Below are positions 22,300 through 28,330 of a DNA stretch of 28,330 nt, in pieces. The first letter of the stretch is position 1; the number at the start of each line of letters is the position of its first letter. The DNA is taken from contig NC_057749.1 in assembly GCF_004010195.1 (NCBI RefSeq), forward strand, positions 26,520,591 through 26,548,920, written 5' to 3'. Made by a program: the position numbers and the translations under genes. Origin of the DNA: Chiloscyllium plagiosum (taxonomy: Eukaryota). Below the pieces are notes generated by a model. The model was not told the origin of the DNA. It searched no databases and was given only the letters and a program-made list of their open reading frames with translations.

Positions 22300-23133
22300 A
22301 GAACAAAAACTTGGAAACTTTGGAGAAAGATAGCAGAGAACTTCAACAAGGGCATAGACACAAAGGTACAACAGCTGGACAAGTGTTAAATGAAATTTAA
22401 TACAGATAAGTGTGAATTGATTCATTTGATAAAAAGAACATAGAAAATATAAATTAAACAGTAAAATGTGAAAAGAGCAGGAGCAGAGGGATATCTATGT
22501 CTGCCTACATAAACCATTAGTAGCAGCACAGGTTGATTGAGTGGTTAATAAAGCATGGTCCACATAAGCAAGGAAATATGTTAAATTTGTACAGAACATT
22601 TAACTGCTTCAACTGGATAATCCCATTCCAGTTCTGGGCACTACTCTTGGAATGATACAAAGATATTTCAAAAAGTACAGAAAAGATTCCTAAGAATTCT
22701 CCCTGAGGAACCTAATTACATAGATAAAGTAGAGAAGATGGGACTGTTTTTCTTGGCAAAAGGCGAGAGATTTGAGCAAAATGTTCAAAATCATGAAAAG
22801 TCTAAACCGAGGGAATAAGTAAGAACTGTTTCTATTGGTGTAAGGATTGACAACAGAGGACATAGATTAAAGTAATTGGCTACACAATGAGGAATGTCTG
22901 TCAAATATCTTTCGTGAAGGGGAGTGCTTAGGATTTGGGCATACTGCCTGAGAATGATGGAGAATCAGGTTCAATCCCGGCATCTGAAAGGACTTGGCTC
23001 ATTATCTGGAAAGGAACAATATGCAGGGGTACAGAGAGAAGATCTCGGAGTGGCATTAGGAGAATTGCTCATTGCAAGACCCAGCACAGACATGATGGGC
23101 CAAATGGCCTTTTCTGCTGTAATAATTCTGTGA
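22300..23133 (+). mobile_element. Old CR1 3' portion
   Basis: atgaaatttaatacagataagtgtgaa (MKFNTDKCE); tail gatgggccaaatggccttttctgctgtaataattctgtga. Confidence 0.75.
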
Positions 23134-23666
23134 CACTTACAGCTATTGGACAGTGTTGGCTGAAGCAGTATTGACAGGCTACCACCTGAACACATTGCTG
23201 GCCTTCTGCTGTGCTGTGCAGTGGTGCGAGTTTACTTTTCTGAGTTAGCAGATTGATGGTGTGAGGTGTTCAACCTCTCAGTCATTTACCTGAGGAATCT
23301 CAGTTTACCTATCACTATTTGCTCCCTTCACCTCCACCATTCTATGAATTAGCACAAGTAGCTAATAGGTTGTGATTCCTTATAATCCTTCTGAAAAATA
23401 TTCAGAATTTTCACCAATACACAACCTCTATTAATTGTCCATTTCCAATTATGTTTTAGTGCGCTAAATGCTTAGTGGAAACATTAAAATCTGAACATCA
23501 ACCATCTAGTTTGCCACTAAAAATGAAGTACAAACTGTCGGTTTAAAATCAGATGAGTCCTAGCAAAATTTGAGCTGTTATAATAGATATTTTACTTTAT
23601 CTTAACTCAGCTTTAGTAGTCTAATCTGTCAACCTCTTTTCGTCATCCATGAACTACAATACTTAC

Positions 23667-23726
23667 CTCGACAATGATTCATATAACTTCTTCCCAAACT
23701 TCTCCTTCACTGCATTTGCTGTATCC
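23667..23726 (-). CDS. gys1: Glycogen synthase coding exon (exon 9 equivalent), (W)DTANAVKEKFGKKLYESLS(S)
   Basis: Acceptor ctttttctttgccctcAG, donor GTaagt, 60 nt. Phase is compatible with both neighbouring exons. Resembles human GYS1 DTANTVKEKFGRKLYESLL as recalled. Confidence 0.95.
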
Positions 23727-23894
23727 CTGAGGGCAAAGAAAAAGCAGGACAAGATTCCCATTCAAAAGCACCCAAAGACTTTCAAGCAGCACATAATTTG
23801 TACAATATCACTACAAATAGAATCTATATTAGGAAAAACAAATGTCCACTGCACAGTGTGGCCACATGAACGCATGCTGGATAATGTAATGATG

Positions 23895-24205
23895 GATATC
23901 CATCCTAGGACATGCTAAACAGAGACACGTATGAAATTCCTAGAGGCCTGGCATTTAAACTGGAACTCCATCAATTTGGACCCCATTTACAAACCTCGGA
24001 GGAAAAAAAAACCGGAAATGATATCACCCGCCTTAAAAGACCAAGACACAGAAATAGAAAGTGGAACAGAACACCAACCCTTCACTAGAGGCTCACTGAT
24101 GATGTTACCTAGCATGGTGATAACATGTCTGAAAACAAGCCTGACAGCTCAGCAAGCAAACTTACAACCTGAACCTCAACCTGAGCTACAAATCTGCTCA
24201 AAAAT
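23895..24205 (+). mobile_element. Penelope-like family B 3' fragment (GIY-YIG C-terminus + terminal repeat)
   Basis: GHAKQRH..FLEAWHLNWNSINLDPIYKP; downstream sequence homologous to 3025-3237 and to the reverse complement of 2035-2230. Confidence 0.82.
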
Positions 24206-24307
24206 TGTTTTTTCCTTATCTACTCTAGTTACATTCTCAAAACTCCAGCAGTGAAGCATAATGAAGGTAAATGAAACAGAAGTTAAGTTTTTCCAAGCAT
24301 TCTGTTA

Positions 24308-24375
24308 TCACGCCGGCATGAACCTGTTTGGGCCAAAGAGCCTGTTTCCATGCTGTAGCACTCTATGACTCCATG
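24308..24375 (+). mobile_element. CR1 3' tail fragment
   Basis: gggccaaagagcctgtttccatgctgtagcactctatgactccatg. Confidence 0.7.
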
Positions 24376-24399
24376 TCTTTTATAACAGGTGCGAGCATT

Positions 24400-24720
24400 T
24401 GTCCCACTACTGACGTTAGTCAAGCTAGTCTATGAATCGCCATACTTTCTCTCCTTCCTTTCTTAAATAGTGGAATTACATTTGCCATCCCCTAATCTAT
24501 AGGAATTTCTCCAGAGTCTATAGAATTTTAGAAATGACCACGGATGCATCCAATATTTCCAAAGCCAGTTCCTTTAGTGGATTCTCAGGCCTGGAGATTT
24601 GCCAACCTTTAATCTCATTAATTTCTCTCGCACATTTTTTATTTTACTAATACTGACTTTCTTCAAATCTTCCCTCTCAACAGGTGCTTGGTTCCCTCTG
24701 ATTTCTGGGAAATTCTGTGA
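24400..24720 (-). mobile_element. Decayed CR1 ORF2 fragment
   Basis: Homologous to 5725-6030; NVIPLFKKGRR on the minus strand. Confidence 0.7.
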
Positions 24721-25171
24721 AGCCAGAAGCAAAGTGTGTGCTCAGTTATGGGTTCAGGGAGCTAATCACATAGCTGTTGGCAGGCAGCAGACCTTTGTTA
24801 TAAACAACTGGTCATGCGCCCACAGAATAATCAGCTCCTTGCTGCCGCTGACTCTCCATTCTCTCTCACTCCAGCTCTGTAATAGTGTCCTCCACTGGTT
24901 GAGCAAACAGTTATGTAAATAGTACTTACTTAGAACGTCATTAACCTGCTCTTTAAATATGCAGCAAACCTTTCCACAATCCTTGGTTTTCAAAAGTGCT
25001 TCTTTTCATCTTAGTCCACAATCAAAATTACTGCAGTGGAATGTTTAATTTTGTAAAACTCACATTGGATGTAATTTGTGACATTGGCAGGTGCTGAAAC
25101 CTAACTGAAAAGACCCAAAATTTCAGGAAAAATGGGAACAGACTTGCTAATTACAAATTAACCAAGGTTCT

Positions 25172-25478
25172 CAGTGAGTCCAGAACTGAACTAGAGGGCA
25201 TAGGTTTAAGGTGAGAGGGGAAAGATTTAAAATGGAACAGAGGGGCAACGTTTTCACACAGAGGGTGTTGTGTGTATGGAATGAGCTGCCAGAGGAAGTG
25301 GTGGAGGCTGGTACAATTACAACATTTAAAAAACAGTTGGATGGGTATATGAATAGGAATGGTTGTGAGGGGCCAAGTGCTGACAATTGGGACGAGATTT
25401 ACTTCGGATATCTGGTCGGCATGGACGAGTTGGACTGAAGGGTCTGTTTCCATGCTGTACATTGCTACAAGTCTATGA
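25172..25478 (+). mobile_element. CR1 (HER1-like) 3' end
   Basis: RGNVFTQRVLCVWNELPEEVVEAGTITTFKKQLDGYM plus tail gggtctgtttccatgctgtaca. Confidence 0.9.
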
Positions 25479-25639
25479 CGGGGTGACGGGTTAGTATTTT
25501 GAGGAGACAGGTGATATGGCAGATTTAAAAGGAGACAGGGAGCCCCAGAGTGTGAACAAACTTCACCTGACTGCAACTATCATCAATTTGTAAGTTGTAT
25601 CAACATTTCAGTCAACTCCTTACCATTGAAGCTACTCAC

Positions 25640-25746
25640 CACAGCTGTTTACGAACTGCCTGCCCTTTCAACGTCTCTACATTGAAGTTGTTGGTTCGTG
25701 CAGGCATAATGAAGAATGCAATCACCGTCACACGACTTTGATGAGT
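25640..25746 (-). CDS. gys1: Glycogen synthase coding exon (equivalent to vertebrate GYS exon 8), [35 protein letters not shown](W)
   Basis: Manual minus-strand translation. Acceptor catttgttgcAG, donor GTgagt, 107 nt. Contains the GT3 motif [26 protein letters not shown]. Family is certain; gys1 versus gys2 is inferred from residues. Confidence 0.95.
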
Positions 25747-26029
25747 CTGCAACAAATGATATTTTTAAAATGAGTCATTCACATAAAACCAATGAGAAAC
25801 AAACTCTTCATTACTGGCAATTTAGACAAATGTTGCAAGCATTTCAGCATTCTCACAATTTCTAGGAAAAAAAATGGCAACAGCACAAAATGTACTTAGA
25901 GATTTGATCTGATGATATTCATTATTTCAGTTCAAGATTAACAACAATAAAACCCACCCCAACCACTCAAGTGTGAACAGAACACAAATTCTCTGCAGAC
26001 AAATATATTCTAATTCACCTTATTTTTTA

Positions 26030-26290
26030 TTTGCTCATGGAATGGAAGTTTTAGCAATAAGACCAAAATTTGGTGCCTAATCCTAAGTGCCCTGAAACAG
26101 GTGGTGAAGAAGCGCATTCTTTAACTGCTTCAGGCCACATTCCGGGTATACCCAAAGCACTGTCAGGGAGGGAGTTGCAAGGTTTTGATCAAGGCAAACT
26201 GAAAGAACAATCAATTTAGTTCTAGTTCAGGATGGAAGGGATGGTGTTCCCATGCTTCTACTGTCCTTGACTTTCTAGGTGTTACAAGTC
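26030..26290 (-). mobile_element. CR1/L2-type LINE 3' end fragment
   Basis: Homologous to 20544-20702 and 22095-22210. Confidence 0.65.
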
Positions 26291-26309
26291 ATGAAAAGAG
26301 TTTGTATTA

Positions 26310-27895
26310 AAAAGAGGGTTGGAAGGTTTGAGCTATAGGAAGAGGATGAATAGACCCGGGCTATTTTCTCTGGAGTGTCAGACACTGAGGGGTGACATAG
26401 AGGTTTATAAAATCATGAAGGACATGGATAGGGTGAATAGACAAGGTATTTTGCCCAGGGTGGGGGGAGTCCAAAACTAGAGGGGCATGGGTTTTAGGTG
26501 AGAGGGGAAAAGATTGCTTCATACAACTTTGTGGGAAACTTGGGAAGAGGTAGCTGGGCCCCTTACTGAGGTATTTGTATCATCAACAGCCAAGGCTGAG
26601 GTGACAGCAGACTGAAGGTTGGCTAACGTAGTGCCACTATTTGAGAAAGGTGGGAAGGAAAAGCTAGGAAACCCCACAGACCGGTGAGCCGGACATCAGT
26701 GGTGAACAAGTTGTTGGAGGGGTTCTGAAGGACGTGGCTTATATACATTTGGAAAAGCAAGGACTGATTAGGGGTAGTCAACATGGTTTTCTGTGTAGGA
26801 AATTGCATTTCACTAACTCAATTGAGTTGTTTGAAGAGGTGACAAAGAAGATTGATGAAGGCAGAGTGGCAGATGTTGTCTATATGGACTTCAGCAAGGC
26901 CTTTGGCAAGGTTCCACATAGTAGACTGGTTAGTAAGTTTAGATTACATGAAATTGGGGGGAGCTCGCCATATGAATACAAAATTGGCTTGAAGGTAGGA
27001 TACAGAGAGGAAGTAGAGGGTTGCTTTTTGGAGGTATGGTTATTAAGTTTGCGAATGTCACCAAAATAGGTCAGAAATCACATGACACCAGATTAGCATT
27101 ATCTGAAATCACTAGCTTTTGGAGCGCTGCTCTTTTGTCTGGTGAAGAGATTTCACGAAGAAGCAGTACTCCAAAAGCTTGTGATTTTGAATAAACCTAT
27201 TGGACTATAACCTGGTGTCATGTGACTGCTGACCTTGTCGACTCCAGTCCAATACTGGCACCTCCACATCATGGCTAACAAAATAAATGATGTAGCGGAT
27301 AGTGAAGATTATTTCAGAGTACAGAAGGACCTTGATCAGATGGACCAATGAGTGGCTGATAGAGTTTAATTTAGATAAATACGAGATGTTGCATTTTGAT
27401 AAGACAAATCAGGGCAGGACTTATACAATAAGTGGTAGGGCCCTGGGGAGTGTTGCCAAACAAAGAAAAAGAGTTGCACAGTTCCTTGAAAGTGGAGTCA
27501 CAAGTAGACAGAATAGTGAAGGAGATGCTTGGCCCCCCTGTCTTCATTGGTCAGAACATTGAGTATAAGAGTTGGGATATCATGTTGCAGCTGTATAGGA
27601 CATTAGTGAGGCTACTTTTAGAATATTACGCGCAATTCTGGTTGCCCTTCTTTAGGAAGGATGTTGCTGAACTTGAGAGAATGCAGAAAATATTTTCAAG
27701 GATATTACCAGGACTGGAGGGTTTGAGTTATGGGGAGCGACTGAACAGGCTGTGGCTATTTTCCCTGGAGCATTGGAGGCTGAGGGGTGACATTATAGAC
27801 GTCGATAAATTCGTGAGGGGCATGGATAGGGTAAACAGCAGGGGAGACCAAAGCTGCAGGTCATAGGTTTAAGGTGAGAGGGCAATATTTAAAAA
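26310..27895 (+). mobile_element. Decayed CR1 ORF2 pieces (two joined fragments)
   Basis: SQHGFLCRK, DVVYMDFSKAFGKVPH, LLEYYAQFWLP, RLRGDII. Confidence 0.88.
27069..27278. mobile_element. Penelope-like family C fold-back insertion inside CR1 RT
   Basis: Inverted arms about 27069-27145 versus 27152-27234. TSD caaaata at 27062-27068 and 27279-27285. Sits just after the decayed KFADDTK codons. Confidence 0.8.
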
Positions 27896-28330
27896 GGAGG
27901 ATATGGAAGATATAGACTGTAGGGAAATAGATGATGACATCTTGCAAAATGTCCAGATTACAGAGGAGGAAGTGCTGGATGTCTTGAAACGGTTAAAGGT
28001 GGATAAATCCCCAGGACCTGATCAGGTGTACCCAAGAACTCTGTGGGAAGCTATAGAAGTGATTGCTGGGCCTCTTGCTGAGATATTTGGATCATCAATA
28101 GTCACAGGTGAGGTGCCAGAAGACTGGAGGTTGGCAAACGTGGTGCCACTGTTTAAGAACGGCGATAAGGACAAGCCAGGGAACTATAGACCAGTGAGAC
28201 TGACGTCAGTGGTGGGCAAGTTGTTGGAGGGAATCCGGAGGTACAGGATGTACATGTATTTGGAAAGGCAAGGACTGATTCGGGATAGTCAACATGGTTT
28301 TGTGCGTGGGAAATCATGTCTCACAAACTT
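27896..28330 (+). mobile_element. Young 5'-truncated CR1 ORF2, open frame running off the window
   Basis: Stop-free from ATG 27903: MEDIDCRE...KVDKSPGPDQVYPR...DWRLANVVPLFK...GNYRPVRLTSVVGKLLE...SQHGFVRGKSCLTN. Confidence 0.92.

Noticed and set aside
23649..23918. 89-aa + strand ORF (and similarly 10899-11183)
   Set aside because: Overlaps true exons on the opposite strand; no recognisable protein.
4400..28330. Strand bias of CR1 insertions relative to the gene
   Set aside because: Copies occur in both orientations in similar numbers; too few to test.
25747..28330. Upstream GYS exon 7 (AGRYEFSNKG motif)
   Set aside because: Not found on inspection; presumably beyond the window.

Overview
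Eukaryotic genomic DNA, very probably a shark: the HE1 SINE, CR1/HER1 LINE and Penelope repertoire is elasmobranch-like. The window lies inside a glycogen synthase gene (GT3 family, most likely gys1) on the minus strand. Four small exons that the ORF track misses (25640-25746, 23667-23726, 10840-10918, 646-759; 107/60/79/114 nt) have canonical AG/GT ends and splice in frame to 120 aa. These match vertebrate GYS exons 8-11. The introns (about 1.9, 12.7 and 10.1 kb) are mostly nested, decayed retroelements: CR1 LINEs, a second CR1/L2-type LINE and its partner SINE, HE1 SINEs, DeuSINE remnants, three Penelope-like families and one hAT fragment. There is also a 971-N assembly gap. The most interesting non-gene signals are minimal hammerhead-ribozyme-like cores in all three Penelope-like families, one target site reused by two Penelope families, a perfect 78-bp duplication around a 59-bp Penelope fragment, and an ORF1-only 'half-CR1' insertion. 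I found no evidence for a novel multi-gene system. Repeat-family names come from recognition, not database search.
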